Shown here one piece after another: positions 26,827 through 40,836 of a stretch of DNA of 64,000 nt. A model generated the notes under the pieces. It made no database searches and had not been told where the DNA came from. It saw nothing but the letters and a program-made list of their open reading frames with translations. Numbering within the stretch: position 1 is the first letter of the stretch; each line of letters begins with the position of its first letter. The translations under genes were made by a program, and so were the position numbers. Source of the DNA: Magallana gigas (Eukaryota); contig NC_088860.1 in NCBI RefSeq assembly GCF_963853765.1, positions 11,346,001 to 11,410,000 of the forward strand, given 5' to 3'.

Positions 26827-26870
26827 TGACGTCAGCGAAAATTCCTGCAATATATTTCTACTTTCGTTTT
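26827..26870 (-). promoter_or_regulatory. Putative inducible promoter cassette of ZNFX1 copy B: CRE palindrome, Rel/kB-like site, IRF/ISRE-like GAAA repeat
   Basis: TGACGTCA 26827-26834; GGAATTTTC (minus) 26837-26845; AAAACGAAAGTAGAAA (minus) 26855-26870; strong donor GAG|GTAAGT at 26760, the same 67-bp spacing as copy A. Confidence 0.65.
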
Positions 26871-27145
26871 TGTTTCACGCAGTATTTTCCACGCAGGATT
26901 TTCGTCATCTTTTTTAAAGCGGAGTGTTTACTAAGCTCTATAATAAGAAAGCTTCATTTATTAATGTCCGGTAAACTTTCCTTAATTTTCTAATCATAAT
27001 TATACAACAAAATCAGCGGCTCATTATTCTTTGCGAAAAATTCAGTAATAAAAAAATCTTAATTCAAACTGATTTTTTTTTAAATCTTGAACTGGGGAAC
27101 AAATAGCGATTTCCATATCTATTCAAATAAAAATTAATTTCCTTT

Positions 27146-27982
27146 CAGTGGCGTAGCGTACTATAAGGCAAAAAGGCAGTTGCCTACACATAATTTTGTA
27201 GAGCAAAATTTAAAATTTGTGTACAATTTTAAATTTAAAACAAAGTTGACATTAACTTTGATGAAAAAAGTCATAAAACAAATCGAAAGCAGTAATTGTC
27301 ATACTTGCACAGGGTCGGTTCTTTAATTAGCATTAGAATTATACTTCCGATTTAATTTCTTTTAAACTCGAGGGAAAATGCACAAAATTTACGATTTTTT
27401 TTTCATCCAAAATCTAAATCCTTGGTGAATGAAACTCAGAGTCAACCAGTTACCCAGAGTGCTGGGCCCTCCGAATCTATCAAGATTACAACCCCATAAA
27501 AAGACCCGTACTCTCTGAATCACTAAAAACTTATTACTCCTAGTAATATATGTACATGTGGCGTATCAGTTAAGACTTATAAAGAAGTTGATATAGAAAT
27601 AGTACGGTTGTTGGTTTTGTTTACAAAAACATGCAGAGTATGGTTAACGATACGGTGTATATTTCAATAACGAAACATATAAGTTTGGTTTGCTTTCTTT
27701 TCGAAATGAATGTAGTGACTGAGAATAGGAAATAACATATTTTAAATTTACATAATGTTCCATAAAAACATTCAAACCTAATTTGTTGAAACTAACAATT
27801 TTTTTATTCTCAAAAGTGGTATTTTTGCGTCCTTTTTAAAAAAATGTCTAGGGGGAGGCCCCCTAAACCCCCCCTGCGGGAGGGGGGGGGGGGGTACCCC
27901 CTCCCGCACCTACCCCCTTCCGCGCTTCGCGCGTCAGTGAAGCTTTTGCCTACACTTATATTTGGGTCACGCTACGCCGCTG
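27146..27982. mobile_element. 837-bp TIR element with 5-bp TSD in the ZNFX1-B / PH-like-gene divergent promoter region
   Basis: CAGTGGCGTAGCGT ... ACGCTACGCCGCTG (14 bp, 1 mismatch); CCTTT duplicated at 27141-27145 and 27983-27987. Confidence 0.82.
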
Positions 27983-28387
27983 CCTTTGTATTTGAAAATT
28001 TCGGTCTGTCTTTAAAATTTTATCAGTTGACTTTAAATAAAATATGTCGATGTAAATATCAAGACATATTCAGGCTTTAGGGCAGATGCAGAAAAAATCA
28101 CAAATCTAGCTTTAAAATTTCCTTATTTCTGTAAAGTTGGTTGTTTATTTATACCGGACATTATAATCATTGTACAACAGAATACCCCATAAAAATAATT
28201 ATAGAATAAAAACACAAATAAATAAAGCGAACACACGTACAATAACTATATGCATTCGATATTTCAGTTTATATTAATAGACAGCAATCACGTGTATCCA
28301 AAAACGTCGCGTCATTTCAGTCCGAGCCAAAACAAAATTATTATTTTGAAAATACTATTGTTTCGTCATTTAACCGAGTGATGCATA

Positions 28388-28415
28388 TGACGTCACAATA
28401 TACGAGACGTCACAA
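28388..28415 (+). promoter_or_regulatory. Tandem CRE-type motifs upstream of the 246-aa gene
   Basis: TGACGTCACAAT followed by AGACGTCACAAT, about 40-65 bp upstream of the ATG at 28455. Confidence 0.45.
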
Positions 28416-28454
28416 TGTCCATTCATAACCTTGCAAATTTTCGTTTAGCATGAA

Positions 28455-30003
28455 ATGCCAACCAACGACCGCCTTCAAAAGCTTTTAAGAAGTGAAGAAT
28501 ACTCCGAATTTACGGAACAAAATGTCATTTTAGAATCTCAGTTTGTTGAATTGACTCACAGAGGAGATCCTATAAAGTAAGTATGTTGAGTCGATTAATT
28601 CACTGTAAAAATGTGTTTAGCTCCAAAATATTATCACGTAAGAGAATGTTTTCATTCTTTAACTTTCTATTTTCTAACTTAAACATTCAAGTTTTTTATA
28701 TTATAAACATGTTGTGTATTTTTTAAACAATGTGATTCAGATATTTAAACTATAAAAAATTCATTTCATTTTGACTGTAGAAAAAAATATTTGTACTGCA
28801 TTGCAATCGAATATCAGTTTCCTGGAAAATGGGGACACGAAAGCCTTTTATTCTTGGATTACTGTAAAAAATATCAATTTCACAAGAGATAGTATAGATA
28901 CCTATAAATATGTTACAAGGTTGAAGACAAGTCAAAATTAAATTCATGCCGTTATGACTATTTTCGCCATTTGACTAAAATATAAAGTCAAAATATATAA
29001 TTCTATTCTTTTTAGGTTAATTAAAAAAATACCACATGGCTCTTAAATTGCATAAATATCAAAGTCATCTGTATGGACAGTGCTGCATGAAAACAAACCC
29101 GATCAATAAAAAATTGGTTATATAATGAATCAAAAGGGTCGTGGTTGGTGCTTTGTAGTGTGACTCAAACTACACTCTATTGCCTATTCCATGTTATTAT
29201 TTCATACACATCATTCTAAACCCTCTCGATTACAATTTAACAAACAACATTTATTGCGCTAAAAAAGTCCAATTAAATTTTATGAAGCTACCCCTCACAG
29301 ATATTTAATAGTTCAAACGTAAAGTAATTTTATGAAGATAATGATATATTATATCGTATTTAATAATTGTACATTTATTCACAGAGTCGTTCTGATAGGA
29401 ATCACCGAAGAATTGTTCATTGTGGCAACTGACGTCATCAACGATCTACGGAAGTCGCGTGCTAGCGTCCTGATGACGGATGTTGACCCGGACACCATGG
29501 ATCTGGAACTGGAGTGGGTGGTGCCAAACTTACAGGTGATCCCCGTGCCCGTGCATAACGAGCACGTGCTGGACGTGCGCGGACACAATGACCACCACCG
29601 ATATTTCCTGGTGTCAGCTACTCGGGGGAATGGTAGCGAGAAAAGGGTTTGGACCAAGTGGATGAAATACCTGGCGAAACACAATCCAGAGCCTGACCAG
29701 TTTCTTCAGGAAATTCCCAAATCTAGAATCTCCTTAGGTAGCTTATTTCACACAGATAAAAAGTCAAGCACAGAAATGCTTGTTAAATCTTCCCTCATTG
29801 ATGATAAAAAGAAGAAATCATCGTCCATTTTGAAGCAGTCTAAGGAGAAAAACGTCCATTTTACTCCTCGACCGCAGTTTAAAAACTTGATCCCAATTGC
29901 AACAGATCTGTATGATACAGCTGGTATTGTAAAAGAGGAGCAGAAAGAGAGTTCCAGGGCCTGCTTCTGTTTTCCAAGAAAGAAAAAAAGATTGAAACAC
30001 TGA
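28455..30003 (+). CDS. Uncharacterised 246-aa protein: putative PH-like N-terminal domain, SILK + RVxF motifs, Cys/basic C-terminal tail
   Basis: Exon 1 28455-28576 (ATG CCA ACC ... ATA AA|gtaagt) joins exon 2 29385-30003 (ttcacag|A GTC GTT) in phase 2, giving an uninterrupted 247-codon frame. The PH-like call rests on pattern only (VILESQFVEL..VVLIGIT..LFIVA..VWTKWMKYL). Confidence 0.8.
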
Positions 30004-30647
30004 TATAAGCAGGGTCATTCTACAATCAATCAAAATTCTATATGTACAACTGCACAAAGTATTATCTATAAAATGACAATTTAAGAGAGAAATTAAAAAA
30101 ATATTTATAACTAATTTCAGTAATTTCAGAATGAATACTTCTTGTTTCAATTTAGAATTAAGAATGAACCAAAATGATACATCAATTTTGTTTTTCCACT
30201 TAAAAATAATAAATAATTCAAATACTTTCAAGGTTTTTTTTATCTTTTTATTTAACTTGATTTATTACAATTGATTGTTGATTCTAAAATCTTCAACACT
30301 GATCCTAGTTGGATCTGGAAAAGAGAGATGAGTCAATAGAGATTGTACCTGTTATAGAGTAGCTATTTAAACCTGACAAGCCACAAGTAAGATGAAAAGT
30401 AAGTCATCTTTGAACTGACATAGATGATACAAATGCATTGGAATACACGTGCATTATTAATCATTTAATTAATCATTTCATTCATTATAAAAATACATCA
30501 TGTACTTTGAATATTATTATAAAGTATCAAATTAGTTTGAAATCATGTATATATAAATAACCACCATATTAGAGACAGGTGTTAATTAAAAAAGATAATA
30601 ATTTGTTGCATCGAAAATGATTGAGCAATGATTCTTCAGATAAGTGT

Positions 30648-32566
<1,919 letters not shown>

Positions 32567-32741
32567 TCATCATGATCATATAGCCTATTCACTTGATATT
32601 ATTTTTTTGTAAATTAAATCAAATTTAATATTGCTAAAGCAAGGGTGGTAAAATATCAGATTTTATCCACGATATTATTATAAACATTTGTCTTTTATTT
32701 CGCATTGGGTTCGATAAACCAAATGGCTGATCGCGGTAAAC

Positions 32742-35239
32742 ATGAACAAGAGAGAAAAAGTGTCAGTTGAAATACTTGATTTCATATCTCCTGATGCGAA
32801 CAGGAAGAGTCTCTTTATCACAGGTATTCCATACATGACAGAGGAAGAATTGATAGTGAGTATAAGATTAATATTCCGATGAAATCAACTTTCCAGTTCT
32901 CATCAACTGCTCATCACCCCCCCCCCCTTTAAAAAGAGACATACGCACACATTCAAAAACAAAATTTTAAAAAAGACTACCATTTATTCTGTCATATTTG
33001 ACCTTTGCTTACAGGAACTCCTACATTCATCATTTTCAAAGTACGGCCTGCTGTACGGAACCCAAGTATTCCCCTACACACCTCGGCTGCAGCCACCCTC
33101 CCCAACCCTAAAGGATGGGCAGGGTGCCAGTAATCAGACTGGATACTATGCTTTTGTTAACTTCTACCTAGCTATGTCTGCAAGGCGGGCAAAAGATGAC
33201 CTGAATGGAAAGGTTAATTTCAAAGGAACGGAATGCAAGGTTTGTACCTCAAACAAATAGACTTACTCACTCTCGTACAGATCTAACACAATCTCTTGAT
33301 TTAGATATGTGACTATGTAGCTTGAAGTATAGCTAGATAGCTATTGCAAGCTAGATATCTATTTCAAGCTATGTATATGAAGATAAATCAAGATATTATG
33401 CCAGACCTGTCATATGTAAAAAAAAAAAAACAAAAACAAAAACAAAACAAAACAAATAATAAAAAAAAACATACTTTAGTAAATGTAATATTTGGATGTC
33501 ATGTCAGGCATTTTGATTGTTTCAATAGTGTGGTTTCATTACATACTTTTTACAAAATCAGAAGTTCTGAACTTCAAAGAATTCAGATTCCAGAAATCAG
33601 TCATCAGATTCAAGACATTATTATGCAAGAAATATTGAATGCAATGACTCGATTAAATCACAACATTGTTTAAAAGGTTTTAGGTAAAAACCAATATTAA
33701 TTTATATAAACCTTATATCGTAGAAAACTTTTTCAAGTTGTAAATATTTCTTTCAATTCAGCAACTCCAAGAAAATTGTTATAGACAAAAGTTGAACTAA
33801 ACATACCGGTGTTGAATTTTTTAATTATAGTTAAATATAAATGAAGAATTCTAAAGAACAAGCAGAATAGAACTACATGTATTACTTCAATTGATTCTTA
33901 CTGTTGAGTTGTCATGCCTTCATACTGAAGGGAATAAATGTAGTTCCAAAAATTCCTAACACATGCAATGCTACATTTACATGTAATATTGATTGAAATT
34001 ATTTTCAAACAGTAAGAGAGCTCATGAGACATAAATCAAGAAACTTTAATGAAAATTATCTTTTATTTATATGATTAAACTGATAATCATATTCATGTAC
34101 AAATTAAAATATATAACTGTTAGTCTGTATATACAGTAAATAAAAATATTTTGATAGATAACTTTTGCAAAGAGGAAAAAGGAAGCAACTGAGAAGAAAA
34201 CTCTCCACTTCAGTAAATGTCAAGAGGTTGCAAATAAATTCCTGGGCTTCAATGGCTGGTCTGTCTCTCTCAAATGTGTAAGTTAAGCTCAGATATAATG
34301 TTTCCGGAGAGTTAAAATGATAAAATATCTATTAATGAATCTTCAGTTTTAAAATGTCAGAGTTATGTAAGGCTGAAACTAATATGAAATAATTGACCCT
34401 TGTTTATTTATGATTTAACAGACTGACAGTGAAACCAATGCTACAGAGGAACACACCTACAAAGTGAGAGAGGTGTGTGTGGTCAGACTGGACCTGAAGA
34501 CTGATGGTCTACACGCAGAGGGGCTGGGGGCTTGGGAGGAAATCTACTGCACCAATGGTAAGCTGTCCAAACAAAGCTCAGGAGAATTTGTCTGTAATTA
34601 TCGAAAAGTGTAACATTTTATCATTTAATCTACAAATTAATTCAATTCAATTTTTTTTTATAATAAACCTAATTGGGTCAAACAATACAAATCAACAATG
34701 AAAAAAAAGCCCTAGAGAATAATGAATGTATATTTTTGCAGATCCCACCAGTAGAGGAAAGGCTGTATGTAAATGTAAGAAGCTAGCGTATCAGCGTGCT
34801 GTAGAGAACGCCTTCTCCAAAGTCATCATAGTGGTGTTATCCAATGGGAAGGTAGCCGTAGAAGTGGACACCACTCAGCCCGAGCTCTTACTGACAGAGA
34901 AGGTGCTGGATGATGAGAATGTACTAAAGGTATTGGCATCTATGTGTTACGTACCTTATTTATTATACAGTACATTGTATTTAAACATTTATAGGAGGAT
35001 AACTCAATTTTCAATACATGAATATCGAATTATTTCCCTTTGCAAACTTGCATGCATCGTGTGTAATTTTTGAATTTTAAAATGTTTTAATTTTCATGTT
35101 TCTTTTTATGACACAGATAAATGAAATTGATACAGACACGCTGATGTTTGAAGATGATGATGTCACCCTGAGTGAAGTCCCTGAGGAAGACATAGATGCT
35201 GCAAATCTCCACATACTGCACGAGTTAGAGGAAGTCTGA
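32742..35239 (+). CDS. RDM1: RAD52 motif-containing protein 1 (RRM + RAD52-like motif), ~301 aa
   Basis: Exons 32742-32855, 33015-33239, 34158-34277, 34422-34557, 34742-34929, 35117-35239, phase-consistent. FSKYGLLY..VFP..GYYAFVNFY, SKCQEVANKFLGFNGWS and KLAYQRAVENAFSKVIIVVLSNGKVAVE match RDM1. The start codon is uncertain (see findings). Confidence 0.88.
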
Positions 35240-38200
35240 ATGTGGCAGTTTCTGTTCACTGAACATAACAGATGCTTTCACCTCTTCATACATTTACTGC
35301 AAAAGCTCAAGGAAATCTGCAGGAATTTTTCCAGTCTCAGAATTGCAGTGAAAAATAAATTCAGTGTGAGGAACTTCAAATCTGCAACCTCTGTGTATTT
35401 CAGAAAGCGTGGAAAAATGCTACACCAAGATATCGACAAGGATGTAGACTGCTTCATAGGCTTTGCACAGCCTTTTGAATGTGAAGAGAAAAATGAGCAT
35501 ATTAATTTGAATAAATCAAGAAGTTATCTCTACTAGCTTGGAACTGGAATGGAAAAAAGTGTGATTTTTAGACTAACATAATAATTGTGTAGTTTGATGT
35601 TGCTTAATTTTACATTTGATTATGAACATCACATGTATGGTAATTAACAGTTTCCATTTTTCAGGTGTATATGTCTATATGATGTTGATTTCCCACAATG
35701 CTTAGTACCATAGACCTCTTTCACCGATGGTATACACCTGCCAAAGGTTGTATTTTTGTCCCTATCCATTGCAGACCTATTTAAAATGGATATCACATGT
35801 AAAATTTTGCTTTGCACCACTATAGCGGAAAAGAACAAAATGGAACCAAAGATAGTTTTTTATAAACCTACATGATTAATAAATGACATCCTCAAACCAA
35901 ACGCAACTATAGCATCTATGACAGTTTGCCATGGTAAACCATTTAAAAACCAATGAGCTACCCTACCCCTTTCTGGAAACATTTTAACCACAATGAAACA
36001 CATTGACCTAATTAAAAGTGAGGGAGGAATGATAAAATTAATCCGTACTATTTTATGTTGGTTTTACCAAAGAATAAATATACAAACTGCAATGTATTGC
36101 GTTAGCTCCATTTAAATTCTCTGAATTTCAATGAAAGTAGATAATGTCAGTTTAAATGGGATTATACAGAATTTAAAAATAATGTTTGTATTAAAACTAG
36201 ACCTTAGACTAAAATTCAGCTTGATTTTTACATGCTCCTTTAGTCATTCAAACTTGATTTGACTTGCGTGCGTGTTTCAAAGTCGCGACATTGTGCACTG
36301 TTTAGAGATGAAAGCATGGATGTTGAAAAATTAAAATTAGGTTTTTCCTTTTAATTGTGAAACACAGTTGATACCATACGTATATTGCCACAATTCTTTC
36401 TATCCGATAATTTGTTAGAAATTGAATCAAAATAATTTTTGATTTTTTTTCTTTCTTCATCACCCGTGACAGGAAAGACTTAAATGGCTGTCTCGAGTCT
36501 ATTGGTGTGTTAATTACACGGTTCTTGTTCAATTTATGTAGGACCCCAGAACAAAATGACGCTCAGGGAGAAACCCCCTTTTATAATTTTTTAGATTTGA
36601 ATTAATAAAGGGGAAATGCAGTGTGACTTTGATGACACCTTTTTTCTCCTGTTTAAAGGAAGCGTTTATTGGCGCACTTGAATTACATTCAGTGTTTAAA
36701 TGGATGTAAGTAAGCCTTTTCAGAATGTGTAAACCGCTCTAGTCAGAGTAGTACGGCGTTTTATAGTGACGTACTTGAGATGATTTTCCAAAAGACGAGC
36801 TAATGATATTGTATGTGATTTAGCGGTAAATAACAAAAGTATATTGGGGAAATTTTGAATTCTATACGACCAAGTATTATTCACCTTAAACTGATACCGC
36901 CCTCTGTCTGTGTCAAGCTCTTTGTTGACTATCTTTCTGTTTGTTCATATTCTATATTTCGGAAGCAATGTTTGAAAGAATTGTTTTTGTGGAATAAAGA
37001 CTATTTTATTCAAAGTAACTTTATTATTATTCCTCTTTCTTACGTTGTTTTAAAGCGTACAGATTTGTGGGGAATGGTTTGGTCATTAATGTCCACTTTA
37101 GTAGTATGCAGTCTATTTTTTCCATTATTATCACACAAAACATCATCTCGTGCATTTTATTAAATCGTTTTTGTAAAAAAAAAACAAAAAAAAAACGTAA
37201 TTACTAAATATAATTAATAAAAAAAAAACATATGAAGACTAATTTAGCCAGAACACAAACAAACGAAAATGTTCTAACTGAACGAGTGTGAATGATTGTC
37301 CAGAAGGAGGAAATTGAATACCAAACACCGAGACACAACATAAATTCCACTGCAAAAATTCATTTTGCTCCCACACAATGAAAAGAAAGGAATCACTACC
37401 CCGTATGTGTACATGCCAGCATTTCATTCTCCAATTCCTTTTTGATATTCCGGTGCTCTGTGTTTTCTTGTTAACACACACCATTATTCGTTCAATTCAA
37501 TATCGAACCCGGGGTTACTACTGGGGTGTTTAAAATCTTTCATCGCAGTGGAGAGCAAGGGCGCATGTTAAACACTGCTTCAAGTTTTCATTTAACTTAG
37601 TTCGAGATTTCTCCTTACAATTATTGGATTATTGTATTCTGTTGCTGTATTTCATAGACCAAGTACTGGATTAGTGTGTCGAGTTTCATTTTTTTCAAGG
37701 CGGGATCTTTTTAGCTGACGAAATTACTGGCATCAACTGTGCACTACCCCTCAGTAATCGTAGAAACCCCGTCATGTTTCTGGGGGTTAATATACGCAAG
37801 CTACATTGATAATGGAGTGATCATTATTGATTTTCAAATTTCCGGGTTACTAGCGATTGGAGACGGAGGTATCACTTATAGCAGAGACAGGTAAGAATCT
37901 TCAGGGCAGATAACGGGATAGCGGAATATAATTTGAAAACATTTGAGATCGTGTTAACTAAAGTATTTAGAATGTTGAGTTCATATTTCAAACAACCCAT
38001 CATAAATACTTATGATTGTTAAATAGGAAACTGTATTTCTATACTCTGTTTAAGTACTTTGTGAACATACACGACCTCTTAATTTATAAACATTGTAAAT
38101 TTACTGTCGCTTCTGTAGTATTTCCTTTTATATAGAAGACCTATTGGAGTCTATTTGAATGTGGATTCCTTTTAAATTTATTTTGAAAAAGGAGTTATTC

Positions 38201-38797
38201 AATCATAACATATTTATAGCCTAGTTTACCTGAAGACGAATTCACAGGTGAATTGAAAGCGTTTATTGAGAATGTAAACATCTTAATGGATGTGTCTGCA
38301 TTTTTGACTCCTAGGAGACGGGATTGGCATCTTTCCGAATTTCCTCATAAAGACGAATTGGACGTGAAAAGGGATTAATTTCAACAATTTCAGGTACAAA
38401 CATTTTTTGCTGGGTTCATCCTAGTATATAACTAAAGTCATTTTTGAATACCAATATCCATTTCATGGTTTTTAGCAATTTTTACAATGGACGGCTGTGT
38501 TCAGACTTTCAAAGTAAATTTACCAATATTTACATGTAGTATAGGATAGAAATACAGGTTGTCCCAAATATTTGATTCCTGTTGATTTTCCACGTACGAT
38601 ATTCTTTGGAAAGCCATTTATTTACATGTTATAGTTTTGAATTTAGTAAAACAAACCGCCCTCCCCCCGCCACTTATTTGCAAAATTAGACAGAACCCTA
38701 ATTAAAACCCTTCTTTTTTTTGGATTGTCAAGATTTCTGATAAGTCAGTTTGGCGCACCCCCCCCCCCCCATTTCAATTTGCTTCCAATTCCACTGA

Positions 38798-38800
<3 letters not shown>

Positions 38801-38831
<31 letters not shown>
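38801..38831. repeat. (CT)n microsatellite
   Basis: Perfect CT run. Confidence 0.97.
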
Positions 38832-38834
<3 letters not shown>

Positions 38835-39717
38835 AGTAAGCGTTGATAAGTTAATGGAAAGTCAACAGAACATGACTGATGTAGAAATTGTTTCCCTTAT
38901 ATTTGGTTAGACCAGGAATACTTTAACTAGTTTAACACCGTATTTCAGTTAAAAACGTTTTCGTGTAATGTGAGAGGTTGATGGCTGCTCTAAATCAATA
39001 TTGTGGACTCCAATCCCCCTCACCGAATATTGAGATATCAAAGTACTTACGATCAACTTGGTGGCACCTATGTATTTATATAAGGGTTACAAATTACGTC
39101 TACTTGGCATTCGCCATGCTGAGAAAACACTGCATGTTTGGCTGACATTGCTAATTTAACGCAGGATCGAACTATTTTCTTGTAATACAGACCTTCAATA
39201 CATCAATAACATTGCATCCAAATGCAATTTTTTCTTTTAAATTCTACCGCTGTTGATTTTTGCAGAAGAATAACATTTCTTTGATGTGCACTTATGAAGT
39301 TCTTTATTTATTTTATCAAATGGCACATAAAAGTCTGAACGTGTATGAAATTCAAAACAGGTGACATTTTGGTAGACAACATGGAGAAAATAGAAAAATC
39401 TTCCGATAGTGGAAAATATAAAAAGCTAATTGGCAAAAGTTGTTCAGTCATTTTTGAACATGTATATCAGTTTCTGCCAAGTGTTCATAAATTGATGGAT
39501 GGTTTAAATAGTTAATTATCGCTTTTACGCTGTTTACCAACCACTTAACTTTCAATTATTCAAAATCAGTTTAAAGATTGCACGTACAATGTTTTATCTT
39601 TGGTTGGAGATTCAACTTACTGCTATAATGATATTTATAGGCACCTTTATATTTTTTTTTAGATGTAGATCTTTCTTTTGTTGTGATGTCCATTTGCCTT
39701 GGTGATTACTGTCGGAA

Positions 39718-40836
39718 ATGTCAAGAGGAGGAAGTCGAAATTCCGTCGTTTTAACCAAATATGGCGAACGTCCGCTTATCGACGTGCCGCCATTGTCTCT
39801 ATCAAAAAGCAGAGCCGATGATGATGTCCCTAGACACATCTTTAAAATTCCCGGGAAAAGAGAGACAAATGTGTATCATCAACCGCCGCGGTCGCCACAA
39901 GTCTCGCTCACGGCGCCGCAGCCTCAGCAGCGGCGGTATCAGGAACCGCTGATGGATCTACCCACCACCCAGTATCCTCGACCGAGTCACAGTCAAAACA
40001 GAAACTTTTATCAACCGCAATATCCTGTGCAGGTTAGAGCGCAACCCCCGCCGCCGCCACCACCGCCGCAACCGCAAATTCAGCAACGGGGATATTCAAA
40101 TTTAGCACCCGATTCGAACTTAGTTCCGTATAATTACTCTCATTATCGACCACAGCCGCAACCCGTGCAACCTGTGCCACAATACAGCACAACATACGCC
40201 CCCGCACCGACTCAGCAACCAGTGCCTAATGGAACCCAGTCAAACGAAGTGCATGTGTATTATGGTCCTAATGGTGAAAGACTACCAGGACCTCTCCCTG
40301 CTCCTAACTACCCTACGGACTTTACTTTGGAAGGGACTTTAGAATACGGGAAATTAGTGTCGGTTAAAGTTCGGAACTCGAATATCTCGTACCGAGAAAT
40401 GCCGGACTTCGTTTTCCGAGATTTGGTAAGGATGTACGGAACGATGGAGAGAACAGATGTGAAGATTGTGGCACAAGGAGGGGAGTACAACATATACGCC
40501 ACACCCAGCACGTCTGATGGACATATCGCCAACAACCCTGGGTACATCTATGACCAGCCGCCATTGAGGCATGTTCCCGTCCCGGCCCATAGTCATCATA
40601 GTCACCAGCCCCCCGTCCCGGCCCATAGTCATCATAGTCACCAGCCGCAGGTTTACGACCACGAGGGGCAGGGGATCTACGATCCGTTCACCAAGATCTA
40701 CAGGTACGGACCAGAAACTCGTAGGGTAAGGCGGAAGCGTTATCCTCCTGTCTCCAAGAGAGGCAGCAGTTTATCTGACGTCGAGGAAGATTATTTTGAG
40801 GACAGTGAACTGTTTACTAGAGATACGCGTCGTTGA
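39718..40836 (+). CDS. Uncharacterised 372-aa Pro/Gln/Tyr-rich protein with a short predicted globular segment (single coding exon)
   Basis: 1.1-kb open frame with coding-like GC content against AT-rich flanks, a candidate acceptor just upstream (~39662), and a 36-bp in-frame duplication. No recognisable family. Confidence 0.75.
   Translation: MSRGGSRNSVVLTKYGERPLIDVPPLSLSKSRADDDVPRHIFKIPGKRETNVYHQPPRSPQVSLTAPQPQQRRYQEPLMDLPTTQYPRPSHSQNRNFYQPQYPVQVRAQPPPPPPPPQPQIQQRGYSNLAPDSNLVPYNYSHYRPQPQPVQPVPQYSTTYAPAPTQQPVPNGTQSNEVHVYYGPNGERLPGPLPAPNYPTDFTLEGTLEYGKLVSVKVRNSNISYREMPDFVFRDLVRMYGTMERTDVKIVAQGGEYNIYATPSTSDGHIANNPGYIYDQPPLRHVPVPAHSHHSHQPPVPAHSHHSHQPQVYDHEGQGIYDPFTKIYRYGPETRRVRRKRYPPVSKRGSSLSDVEEDYFEDSELFTRDTRR
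40576..40646 (+). repeat. 36-bp in-frame tandem duplication (PVPAHSHHSHQP x2)
   Basis: cccgtcccggcccatagtcatcatagtcaccagcc at 40576 and again at 40612. Confidence 0.95.

Noticed and set aside
29332-29384. ORF-track N-terminus MKIMIYYIVFNNCTFIHR
   Set aside because: Intronic AT-rich sequence before the acceptor at 29384. Exon 1 at 28455 supplies the start.
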